Source of the DNA: an uncultured Gammaproteobacteria bacterium
GTDB lineage: Bacteria > Patescibacteriota > Patescibacteriia > GWA2-47-26
Direction of reading: 5' to 3'
Length of the DNA: 58,451 bases
Assembly: GCA_964532925.1 (NCBI GenBank)
Contig: CAZHIP010000001.1
Coordinates: 192,621 to 251,071 of the forward strand
The notes under the pieces are model-generated. The model was not told the DNA's origin. It did no database searches and saw only the letters and a list, made by a program, of their open reading frames with translations. Position numbers and translations under genes: made by a program. Each line of letters starts with the position of its first letter. Position 1 is the stretch's first letter. This document shows, piece after piece, positions 8,823 to 16,685 of this stretch.

Positions 8823-9566
8823 ATGGCCTTCAAGTCATTGGTCAAAAAACCAAAAAATATAAAATATCCTCCAGGCACGGTTTGCCTTCCTGAAGCGCGC
8901 ATCAAAGAAATGCTTGATGGTCATAAAAACGATGGAATGGAGCCATGGAAAGTTTTTCGTATTATGGCGGAGTTTGTTTCGGGATTTGAGTTTTTGAAGC
9001 AATACACGAAAGCCGTTACTTTTTTCGGATCAGCACGCAAAGGGTTTGAAAGTGCAGTGTATCAAGATGCATACAAGCTCGCCTTTAAGCTTTCAAAATC
9101 GGGGTATGCAGTCATCACTGGCGGTGGGCCAGGTATCATGGAGGCGGCGAACCATGGCGCTTTTGATGCAAAAGGGAAATCCGTTGGATTGAACATTAAG
9201 CTTCACACTGAGCAGCGTATCAATAAATATGTGACGGAGTCAGAGGCGTTTGATTTTTTCTTTACTCGCAAAACAATGCTGTCGTTTGCATCGCATGTAT
9301 ATGTGTTTTTCCCGGGTGGCTTTGGTACGCTCGATGAACTTTTGGAATTGGTGACACTTATTCAAACGCAGAAAGTGCCACGAGTCCCTATTGTGTTGGT
9401 AAATAAAGCCTATTGGACCCCGTTTCTTACGTGGGTCAAGGAGTGTATTTGGAAACAAAATAAAGCGATCAATGAAGATGATATGAAGATTTATACACTA
9501 GTGGATGATGCCGATGAGGCTCTTGCATTAATCAAAAAACTTGAAAAAGAAGGCGTTATCCAGTAA
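8823..9566 (+). CDS. LOG/TIGR00730-family protein (cytokinin riboside 5'-monophosphate phosphoribohydrolase-like)
   Basis: Contains the GGGPGIMEAANHGA and PGGFGTLDELLE motifs characteristic of the LOG family. Confidence 0.85.
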   Translation: MAFKSLVKKPKNIKYPPGTVCLPEARIKEMLDGHKNDGMEPWKVFRIMAEFVSGFEFLKQYTKAVTFFGSARKGFESAVYQDAYKLAFKLSKSGYAVITGGGPGIMEAANHGAFDAKGKSVGLNIKLHTEQRINKYVTESEAFDFFFTRKTMLSFASHVYVFFPGGFGTLDELLELVTLIQTQKVPRVPIVLVNKAYWTPFLTWVKECIWKQNKAINEDDMKIYTLVDDADEALALIKKLEKEGVIQ

Positions 9567-9576
9567 GGTGGCTTAA

Positions 9577-10050
9577 ATGATTATTATCGCGCACGACATT
9601 CGTAGCAGAGAAAATGTAGGCGCGCTTTTCCGCACTGCCGATGCACTCGGTGGTGCGGAATTGCTTTTGTCGGGCATTACACCAGCGCCCATTGATCGTT
9701 TTGGTCGAGTAGATGAAAAGCTTTCCAAAACGGCTCTTGGGGCAGAGAAAACTGTGCCATGGAAACAAGTGAAAACCATGGAAGATCTTTTTAAAATACT
9801 TGAGGGCTATAAACTTTTGGTCATCGAGCAGGATTCGAGATCAGTCCCGTATCACACCATAAAAATCGCTGGCAACGAACTTTCAAAAACCGCACTCTTG
9901 GTGGGCAATGAAGTAGCCGGCGTTCCGCAAGAAATCCTCGACCGCGCGCATACTATTTTAGAAATTCCCATGGCAGGAAATAAAGAATCTCTAAACGTTG
10001 CTATCTCCTTTGCTATTGTCGCGTTTCATTTGAAGTATCATGCAATATGA
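9577..10050 (+). CDS. SpoU/TrmH-family RNA 2'-O-methyltransferase
   Basis: 157 aa. It has a SPOUT C-terminal knot region (LLVGNEVAGV, IPMAGNKESLNVAISFAIVAF). SD-like AAGGTGG lies upstream. Confidence 0.8.
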   Translation: MIIIAHDIRSRENVGALFRTADALGGAELLLSGITPAPIDRFGRVDEKLSKTALGAEKTVPWKQVKTMEDLFKILEGYKLLVIEQDSRSVPYHTIKIAGNELSKTALLVGNEVAGVPQEILDRAHTILEIPMAGNKESLNVAISFAIVAFHLKYHAI

Positions 10051-10703
10051 TTCAGAAGAAAGATGTTCCCGCGCTAACTTTAAAAGCCAGGCGTATTGTC
10101 GGAGAATTGAAGAAACTGTTTCCAAATGCGCAGATGGCTCTCAAGTATAGTAACAATTGGGAATTATTGGTTGCGGTCATGCTGTCAGCTCAGTGCACAG
10201 ACAAGCAGGTGAACATCGTCACCGAGAAGTTGTTTAAAAAATACACAACGCTTGGTGGTTATGTAAAAGCTAAGCTGGTCGATTTTGAAAAGGATATCTA
10301 TTCAACTGGATTTTATAAATCAAAGGCCAAAAATGTTCTGGCATCAGCGAAAATTATTAATGAGAAGTATGGCGGCGAACTACCGCGTACGATGAATGAG
10401 ATGCTCGAGCTTCCGGGTGTAGCGCGCAAAACAGCAAACGTTGTACTGGGGAATGCCTATGGCGTTGTGGAGGGAATTGCCGTGGATACGCATGTAAAAC
10501 GGCTAGTACACGTACTTGGCTTGAGTAGCGAGATAGATCCAAAAAAAATTGAGTACGACCTCATGCGGATTGTGCCACAAAAAGATTGGTTTCAAATCAC
10601 TTATCTTCTTATCGAGTATGGTCGTGCGTATTGCACGGCGCGGAAACATAATCACAGCGCCTGTCCCTTGACGAGAATCATCGAGAGTGAATCGCGTGCG
10701 TGA
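10047..10703 (+). CDS. nth: Endonuclease III
   Basis: LVAVMLSAQCTDKQVN, helix-hairpin-helix LPGVARKTANVVL and a C-terminal Cys cluster. The start overlaps the previous stop (ATGA). Confidence 0.9.
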   Translation: MIQKKDVPALTLKARRIVGELKKLFPNAQMALKYSNNWELLVAVMLSAQCTDKQVNIVTEKLFKKYTTLGGYVKAKLVDFEKDIYSTGFYKSKAKNVLASAKIINEKYGGELPRTMNEMLELPGVARKTANVVLGNAYGVVEGIAVDTHVKRLVHVLGLSSEIDPKKIEYDLMRIVPQKDWFQITYLLIEYGRAYCTARKHNHSACPLTRIIESESRA

Positions 10704-10704
10704 G

Positions 10705-10732
10705 TTGCCAACAAAAAATTGTCTGTTACAAT
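10705..10732 (+). promoter_or_regulatory. Sigma70-like promoter: TTGCCA-N16-TACAAT, with the -10 preceded by TGt (TGtTACAAT)
   Basis: -35 TTGCCA at 10705-10710. Extended -10 at 10724-10732. It lies upstream of the cupin gene. Confidence 0.5.
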
Positions 10733-10766
10733 ATAAACATTATATTTTTAATGCTTGTCATTGCGT

Positions 10767-11135
10767 ATGCATTTCCACGAAGACATAATTCAGTTGGCGA
10801 AAGAGAATAATTATTTTCGTAAAGTAGTTGCGACAAGCGATCTTTCGCAAATTGTACTCATGAGTATTGAGGGTGCGGATGATGTGGGCGAGGAGACCCA
10901 TCACGTTGATCAGATTTTATTGTTTGTTAGTGGGGTCGGGACTGCGGTGCTTGATGGTGAAGAGTATGAAGTAGTGCCCAATGACATGGTGATGGTCAAG
11001 GCAGGCACGAAACATAATTTCATCAACACACACCCTCACGATCCTTTGAAAATTGTAACCATCTATACGCCGCCAGAACATGACGATGGTGCGATTCATA
11101 TTACTAAGGCGGATGCCATTGCGGCAGAAAAGTAA
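10767..11135 (+). CDS. Cupin-domain protein
   Basis: About 122 aa from ATG 10767 (the ORF-track TTG at 10755 is possible). It has a cupin beta-barrel pattern with HHVDQILLFVSG...GTKHNFIN. Confidence 0.75.
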   Translation: MHFHEDIIQLAKENNYFRKVVATSDLSQIVLMSIEGADDVGEETHHVDQILLFVSGVGTAVLDGEEYEVVPNDMVMVKAGTKHNFINTHPHDPLKIVTIYTPPEHDDGAIHITKADAIAAEK

Positions 11136-11137
11136 CT

Positions 11138-11557
11138 ATGTCCTGGGTTTTTTTCGCACTCATGTCCGCAGTTATGGCTGCGGGTGTTGCGATTTTTGGA
11201 AAGCTCGGCATTAAAGGTGTTGATTCAACGTTAGCTACCACGGTGCGTGCAGTGGTGATGGCTGTGTTTCTGGTGATTGTTTCTGGCGTGATGGGGAAAC
11301 TGCAATTACTGGGAACTATTACGAATCGCGTGTTGTTGTTTATTGTCCTTGCCGGTATTTCAGGTGCTCTGTCCTGGTTATTTTATTTTTTTGCACTGCG
11401 GTTTGGGCCAGCCACCGGTGTGGCGGCATTGGATCGGTTGAGCGTGGTATTCGTTTTGATTCTTGCTGCACTCTTTCTTGGTGAACAACTAACGTGGAAA
11501 ACAGGGGTGGGTGGTCTGTTGATTACCGCAGGCGCACTGCTCATGGTATGGAGATAA
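11138..11557 (+). CDS. EamA/DMT-superfamily small membrane transporter
   Basis: 139 aa and strongly hydrophobic, with about 4-5 TM segments and an EamA-like repeat. Confidence 0.7.
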   Translation: MSWVFFALMSAVMAAGVAIFGKLGIKGVDSTLATTVRAVVMAVFLVIVSGVMGKLQLLGTITNRVLLFIVLAGISGALSWLFYFFALRFGPATGVAALDRLSVVFVLILAALFLGEQLTWKTGVGGLLITAGALLMVWR

Positions 11558-11763
11558 TTATTGATGGCGAGTACGAGCATTTTAAGGGGAAGCGGTATCG
11601 TGTCGTAGGGATAGCAAAGCATTCTGAAGCACTGGAAGACATGGTGGTGTATCAGCAATTGTATGGTGAAGGTGCGCTCTGGGTTCGTCCACTTGCGATG
11701 TTTACCGAAGAAGTAACTCGCGACGGGAAAACCTTCCCACGATTCAAATATATACAGAAATAG
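11548..11763 (+). CDS. DUF1653-like small protein
   Basis: 71 aa from ATG 11548. YEHFKGKRYRVVGIAKHSE...VVYQQLYGEGALWVRPLAMF matches my recollection of the DUF1653 pattern. It overlaps the previous gene's 3' end. Confidence 0.7.
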   Translation: MEIIIDGEYEHFKGKRYRVVGIAKHSEALEDMVVYQQLYGEGALWVRPLAMFTEEVTRDGKTFPRFKYIQK

Positions 11764-11766
11764 TTT

Positions 11767-11811
11767 AGTCTTATTCGTACGCCTGCCTGGCCGGTAGGCA
11801 GGAATAAGACT
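11767..11811. repeat. Nested palindromic element, copy 1 (AGTCTTATTCGTAC...GAATAAGACT with an internal hairpin)
   Basis: AGTCTTATTC/GAATAAGACT arms enclose GTAC plus a CCTGCC...GGCAGG hairpin. The same outer palindrome, without the insert, occurs at 52463-52486. Confidence 0.8.
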
Positions 11812-11995
11812 AGTTCTATTGACGGGACTATGTTTTTGTGATATTTTATTTTTGTATGATTAATGCTAACTACAACCGAATGATCGTGGTGCGTCCATGG
11901 CACGGGCAAGATTCGCTCGATGTCGCTTTTTGCGCACGATTATTCTCGGGTAGTATGGCTTTGACTTGATCTCTTTTTTCTAACATCAAATTCAC

Positions 11996-12030
11996 ATCAA
12001 CCCGGGAATCTCCCCGGGTTGATTTCTTTT
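11996..12030 (+). terminator. Rho-independent terminator of an unannotated short transcription unit
   Basis: Perfect 11-bp stem ATCAACCCGGG/CCCGGGTTGAT with loop AATCTC, followed by TTCTTTT. Confidence 0.7.
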
Positions 12031-12056
12031 AGGCTCTTTTGTAGTGAGGTGACACA

Positions 12057-12692
12057 ATGGAAACTATTGTTCGTCCGGCTTTTCTCCGAGGCAAGAAAAC
12101 GGTTCTGCGTCCGCTCTCAAAAAAGACCGACATGGAAAAATGTTGGCAATGGGTCAACACTCAGGAGACATGGAATTTCTTGGGCGGTGTTTTTCCGATT
12201 TCGTACGGAGAGGAGGAGAAATGGTTTGATTCTCTTGATGCACGCAAGAATGCACTCGCGCTCGGAATCGAAGCCGAAGACGGAGCATTTATTGGAACGA
12301 TGGGATTACATGACATGGACTGGGTGCATCGTCACGCCACTACGGGTGCAATGATTGGTGAGAAAGAATATCTTGGCAAAGGTTACGGACAAGATGCCAA
12401 GATGACACTGCTTGGTTACGCCTTTGGAGTTCTGAATTTCCGAAAGATCTACTCCCAAGCGTTTGCCTGCAACATGGCCAGTATCCATTACAATCTTCGT
12501 TGTGGATTTCACCTCGAAGGTGTATGCAAACAGCACTACTTTCGTAATGGCGAATACATTGATCAGGCCTTGCTCGCCGTGTTCGCCCATGAGTGGTTGG
12601 TATATGGCAAGCAGTATCAGGAAACTGGTCTTTTGCAAAATGATGCACATGTCGCGCATGAGATCGAACGGCTCAAAACTCTGTGTGATTAG
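12057..12692 (+). CDS. GNAT-family N-acetyltransferase (RimJ/RimL-like)
   Basis: 211 aa with a GNAT core pattern (IGEKEYLGKGYG, NxxSIHYNLRCGF). SD GAGGTG lies 5 nt upstream. Confidence 0.8.
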   Translation: METIVRPAFLRGKKTVLRPLSKKTDMEKCWQWVNTQETWNFLGGVFPISYGEEEKWFDSLDARKNALALGIEAEDGAFIGTMGLHDMDWVHRHATTGAMIGEKEYLGKGYGQDAKMTLLGYAFGVLNFRKIYSQAFACNMASIHYNLRCGFHLEGVCKQHYFRNGEYIDQALLAVFAHEWLVYGKQYQETGLLQNDAHVAHEIERLKTLCD

Positions 12693-12769
12693 TGGTTCCT
12701 TCAGGCGTCGGAGAGATTTTTTCTCCGGCGCCTTTTCTTTTTTGTGTGAGCAGGATACGCTACTGGTAT

Positions 12770-14329
12770 ATGAAACAGATGCAAAAAACAGCGTTGAGTA
12801 TCTTTCTCGTGATTACGGTTTTGTTTACCGTGTGGGGAGGCGTCTTTATGTATCGAAACTTCCGCGGCGCTGGCACCGCGTTTATCCCAGCTGAGCCATC
12901 TATTCTTGATAACGCGGACGACACAAACCTTGGGTTACAGGTTCCGGATGGTTTTAAGATTGGTATTTTTGCAAAAGATCTTGGTGGGCCACGCGTCATG
13001 GCTCGTGATGGTTTTGGTAATTTGTTGGTTTCTATTCCAAAAGATGGTGTTGTGCTTGCACTTAAGGATACGAATGGCGATGGTATTGAGGATAAGCGGT
13101 ATACGGTCGTACAAGGACTCAATGCACCTCATGGTATTGCAGTGCATTGCGATGATCAACAAGTAGGGAAGACGCGGGAGTGTACGCTCTATGTTGCGGA
13201 GGAGAATCAGATTGCGTCGTATATCTATACTGCAGAAACAATGCGCGGTGAGAGAAAAGATATTCTTGTGGAGTTGCCAACAGGTGGGCGACATACGACT
13301 CGCACGTTGATGTGGAATCCTGCTATGCAAACGCAACTTCTTGTTTCGATTGGATCGTCTTGCAATGTCTGCATTGAAAAAGATGAACAACGCGCTTCTA
13401 TCTGGAGTCTTGATACGAATACGAAGGAATTCAAGCTTTTTGCAAAAGGGTTGAGAAACTCAGTATTTATGGCGACTGAGTATGTGCATGGGAAAATCTG
13501 GGCAACTGAAATGGGGCGAGATTTTTTGGGTGACGATATACCACCTGATGAGTTGAATATTATCGAAGAAGGAAAGAATTACGGTTGGCCAAATTGTTAT
13601 GGGAAAAATATCCACGATACGGCCTTTGATAAAAACACTTACATTAGAAATCCATGCATGGAGCCAATGGAAACACCCTCTGCGGTGGACCTGCCTGCGC
13701 ATTCATCGCCGCTGGGAATCGCGTTTGTGCCAGAAGAGGGCTGGCCTCCTGAATATTGGTATAACGCACTGGTTGCCTATCACGGCTCGTGGAATCGTTC
13801 TGTTCCGACAGGGTATTCGATCGCACGAGTAAAGCTCAATGCGCAAGGTGAGTATCAAGGTATTGAGCCATTTATTTCGGGATGGCTGTCTGATAAAAAA
13901 GCATCAGGTCGGCCGGTGGACATCATGCTCGAGCCAGGTGGTTCAGGGTTTATTAGTGACGATACCGCAGGCGTGATTTATCGATTGTCGCGGACGACAG
14001 AAGCGGTTATGGGTGAAGGTGTCCGTAATCTGAATATACAGCCGGAGAGTATTGTGCAAAGTCCGTTGAAGCTCACTGGCGAGCTACCGGGTACCTGGTA
14101 TTTTGAGGCAAATCTTCCAGTGTCATTAGTTGATGCGAATGGAACTATTCTTGTAATGAAAGGTGCGCAAGGGCAAGGGGATTGGATGACTACAGAGTAC
14201 GTGCCGTTTTCTGTAACGCTAACCTTTGCGAAACCAAAAACGTCTACGGGCTTTCTTATTATCAAAAACGACAACCCATCTGGGTTGCCGGAGCATGACA
14301 AAACGATAAAAATCCCTGTGCGGTTTTAG
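12770..14329 (+). CDS. Secreted PQQ-dependent sugar dehydrogenase-like beta-propeller with a C-terminal Gmad2 Ig-like domain
   Basis: Start at ATG 12770, which gives an N-terminal signal anchor. It has glucose/sorbosone-dehydrogenase-like motifs (GGPRVMA, NAPHGIA, NYGWPNCYG, HSSPLGIAF). The C-terminus SPLKLTG..GTWYFEANLPVSLVD...DWMTTEYVPFS...KNDNPSGLPE is Gmad2-like. Confidence 0.8.
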   Translation: MKQMQKTALSIFLVITVLFTVWGGVFMYRNFRGAGTAFIPAEPSILDNADDTNLGLQVPDGFKIGIFAKDLGGPRVMARDGFGNLLVSIPKDGVVLALKDTNGDGIEDKRYTVVQGLNAPHGIAVHCDDQQVGKTRECTLYVAEENQIASYIYTAETMRGERKDILVELPTGGRHTTRTLMWNPAMQTQLLVSIGSSCNVCIEKDEQRASIWSLDTNTKEFKLFAKGLRNSVFMATEYVHGKIWATEMGRDFLGDDIPPDELNIIEEGKNYGWPNCYGKNIHDTAFDKNTYIRNPCMEPMETPSAVDLPAHSSPLGIAFVPEEGWPPEYWYNALVAYHGSWNRSVPTGYSIARVKLNAQGEYQGIEPFISGWLSDKKASGRPVDIMLEPGGSGFISDDTAGVIYRLSRTTEAVMGEGVRNLNIQPESIVQSPLKLTGELPGTWYFEANLPVSLVDANGTILVMKGAQGQGDWMTTEYVPFSVTLTFAKPKTSTGFLIIKNDNPSGLPEHDKTIKIPVRF

Positions 14330-15009
14330 TGTTTGTTGAGTTTGTCGCTCACTATTTTTCCGTCCGAAAGCTCGATGATGCGATCCGTGAGATTTGCATA
14401 TTCTTGTTCATGGGTGACCATAACAATAGTCTGACCTTCTTTGTTGAGTTCCAAGAATAGATCAAGAATTACTTTTGATGTTTCGGTATCGAGGTTTGCA
14501 GTTGGCTCATCGGCAAAGACTATCTTTGGGTTGTGGGCGATTGCGCGCGCGATGGAGACACGTTGCTGTTGACCACCCGAGAGCTGGCTGGGCAGACTGT
14601 TAGCTTTTTCGAGAAGCCCGACGCGCGAAAGCGCTTTTTCGCTCTGCTCACGCGCATGAACAGGGGAAGCGTTTTGCATGAGAAGGGGCACCATCACGTT
14701 TTCGAGTGCAGTGAGAGAAGGGATAGTGGCGTAGTCTTGGAATACATATCCCAATGCAACACGACGGAACTCGGTGCGTTGTTTTTGATTGAGGGCATCA
14801 ATATCAGTGCCATCGATAAATAAACGCCCGCTTGTCGGGTGATCAAGTACGCCGAGTTGATAGAGTAGCGTTGATTTACCGGAGCCCGAACGACCGGTGA
14901 TAGCAACAAACTGACCTTCGGGAATATCTAAGTCAACGCCTGAGAGTGCAAAAAAATCGCCAGCACCGGTGACATATTTTTTAATAAGTTTTTTTGCAGA
15001 GATAATCAT
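14326..15009 (-). CDS. ABC transporter ATP-binding protein (MacB/LolD/FtsE-like)
   Basis: Walker A GRSGSGKST, signature LSGGQQQRV, Walker B IVFADEPT and an H-loop VTHE. Confidence 0.9.
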   Translation of the reverse strand: MIISAKKLIKKYVTGAGDFFALSGVDLDIPEGQFVAITGRSGSGKSTLLYQLGVLDHPTSGRLFIDGTDIDALNQKQRTEFRRVALGYVFQDYATIPSLTALENVMVPLLMQNASPVHAREQSEKALSRVGLLEKANSLPSQLSGGQQQRVSIARAIAHNPKIVFADEPTANLDTETSKVILDLFLELNKEGQTIVMVTHEQEYANLTDRIIELSDGKIVSDKLNKH

Positions 15010-15015
15010 ATGGTT

Positions 15016-16293
15016 TTATCGACCCAAAATAGCATCAAGCGTGTTTTGCTTCACGACAATTTTTGCCGGAATAAAGCCGGCGATTAATGTGGCGACAAGA
15101 AGAATTGCGGCGCGTAGCGCGGTGCCACCTGCCGTAGCAACAAGCACTCCATCGCTAAACGGAAAGTTGATTGGGTGGAGATCTACGTAGGGCTTGAGCA
15201 CACCAAAGATCAGGATTGATCCAATGATCATGCCGCTTGTTGCATAGAATAGCGACTGAATAACATACGAAATTTCTATGGCTCGTTCATCTACGCCAAT
15301 GCCTTTTAATATACCAATATAGCGTCGACGGGTAATCGCATTTACGAAGATCACGATAAAAATAGTGATTGAAGCAACGGCGAGCCCGATAGAGCCAATC
15401 ATGTTACCCAAGAGTGCAAAAGTTTTTACGATATCTTTTAAGAACTTTGGCTGTGCTTCTTCGAAGGTCCGCACATTTGCGCGCGTATCAACGCCATTGG
15501 CGAGGAGTGTTGCTTTTGCTGCAGTGATGTGAGCGGGTGAGTCGATGCGTGCAATGATTTCATCGACGTTATAATCAGTTCTGCCAATGAGGCCGCGCAA
15601 TTGTGAATCTACCATAAAGATGCGTTGGTCGATTTCTCCTACTTTGCTTTTGAGTACGCCCTTGATAGTGACTTCACGAGCAATGTCGCCAATACGCAAT
15701 CGAACGCGCGAACCGGCTTCAATGTTGGGGAGTGTTCGTAGATCAGGGGAATCAAAACCAGCGTATTTGGAGAGTAGGTTTGCGCCGATAAGTATTTGGT
15801 CGTAGTCAGCTGGGTTTAGGTATGACCCTTCAACAATAAAACGAGATAGACCTATGGCTTTGTTTTCTTGGGTTGGGTCAATGCCAGCAATTAGGCCGGA
15901 TGTCCGATCAGGAAGATCGGTTGGCCGACGTCGATTTTTGTAATTTGTCTCAACAGATCCTGACTCCAAATATCGAGCAGCTACCGCGGTAACCCCAGGT
16001 TGTGTTTTTAAGAGCGATACAATATCCGCGCTCTGTTCGATGTATGATTTTTTGGGAAACGTGCTCACGATGAGTTCGCCAGAGTAGCGGCCTTTTTGTG
16101 CATCGATGGACCCTTGAATGAGACCAACGAGAATGCCGCTAACCACCACGAGGTTTAAAAATGTCAGAACCATGACGGCGACAATGAGCCCGGTGGTCCA
16201 CTTGTTGGCACGGCGAATATCGCGGAGGGCAAGAAAGAGGCCTACGCGGGCTGCAACGAAAAGAGAGGTTTTTCTCTCGTGAGTAGTTTTCAT
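15016..16293 (-). CDS. ABC transporter permease, FtsX/MacB-like
   Basis: 425 aa. An N-terminal TM segment, a large extracytoplasmic domain, then three C-terminal TM segments (FtsX-type). It is adjacent to the ATPase. Confidence 0.85.
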   Translation of the reverse strand: MKTTHERKTSLFVAARVGLFLALRDIRRANKWTTGLIVAVMVLTFLNLVVVSGILVGLIQGSIDAQKGRYSGELIVSTFPKKSYIEQSADIVSLLKTQPGVTAVAARYLESGSVETNYKNRRRPTDLPDRTSGLIAGIDPTQENKAIGLSRFIVEGSYLNPADYDQILIGANLLSKYAGFDSPDLRTLPNIEAGSRVRLRIGDIAREVTIKGVLKSKVGEIDQRIFMVDSQLRGLIGRTDYNVDEIIARIDSPAHITAAKATLLANGVDTRANVRTFEEAQPKFLKDIVKTFALLGNMIGSIGLAVASITIFIVIFVNAITRRRYIGILKGIGVDERAIEISYVIQSLFYATSGMIIGSILIFGVLKPYVDLHPINFPFSDGVLVATAGGTALRAAILLVATLIAGFIPAKIVVKQNTLDAILGR

Positions 16294-16351
16294 AAGATCA
16301 CCTCAGATTAGCTTTTTTTCACTGTTTTGTCCATAGGCATGTTTCGATACG

Positions 16352-16377
16352 AAAAAAGCGGCACGTTGCCGCTTTTT
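16352..16377. terminator. Bidirectional rho-independent terminator
   Basis: GCGGCA-CGT-TGCCGC hairpin flanked by A6 and T5. Confidence 0.7.
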
Positions 16378-16391
16378 AGCTGAGTAACTCA

Positions 16392-16540
16392 CTCGAGGTG
16401 CTGGGAAATCCCTTCGGGCCGGGAATTCTGGTGCATCCGACACCAGCCGGGGCGCTGCGCGCACTCGCGCCCTTCAATTCCCAACGCGACACAAATTGTT
16501 GTGTCGCTGCACCGCGTTTTCGCTAACACTTAAACGCTTG
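16392..16540 (-). ncRNA. GC-rich structured region downstream of tRNA-Pro (candidate ncRNA or tRNA-derived relic; family unknown)
   Basis: Several nested hairpins: CTGGTG/CACCAG, GGGCGC/GCGCCC, GGGAATT/AATTCCC and GCGACACAA/TTGTGTCGC. It also contains two tRNA-Pro 3'-arm fragments. It lies between tRNA-Pro and a terminator on the minus strand. Confidence 0.3.
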
Positions 16541-16541
16541 C

Positions 16542-16612
16542 TCGGGGTGCTGGGAATTGAACCCAGTCTACACGAACCCGAATCGTGCGTACGACCGGCA
16601 TACTCCACCCCG
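16542..16612 (-). tRNA. tRNA-Pro (anticodon CGG)
   Basis: Hand-folded 71-nt cloverleaf: acceptor CGGGGTG/CACCCCG, D stem GTAT/GTAC, anticodon stem CACGA/TCGTG with loop TTCGGGT (G37), T arm CTGGG-TTCAATT-CCCAG. Positions 8-9 read GA, which is unusual. Confidence 0.8.
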
Positions 16613-16685
16613 AGCCAGAGTTTAAGCTATTGCGTGCCTACTATACCGACTTTCTGCTTGATTGTCCACCCAGAAGCAGGCTACT

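Noticed and set aside
11652-11909. 85-aa minus-strand ORF
   Set aside because: It overlaps the 3' end of the DUF1653 gene and reads through the palindromic element, with no start context.
16392-16485. Possible second tRNA or tmRNA/SRP RNA next to tRNA-Pro
   Set aside because: There is no intact T-loop/acceptor geometry (GGGATTTCCC replaces the T arm). There is also no tmRNA tag region, no SRP GGAA/AGCA helix-8 motif and no RNase P P4 sequence. It is kept only as an unclassified structured region.
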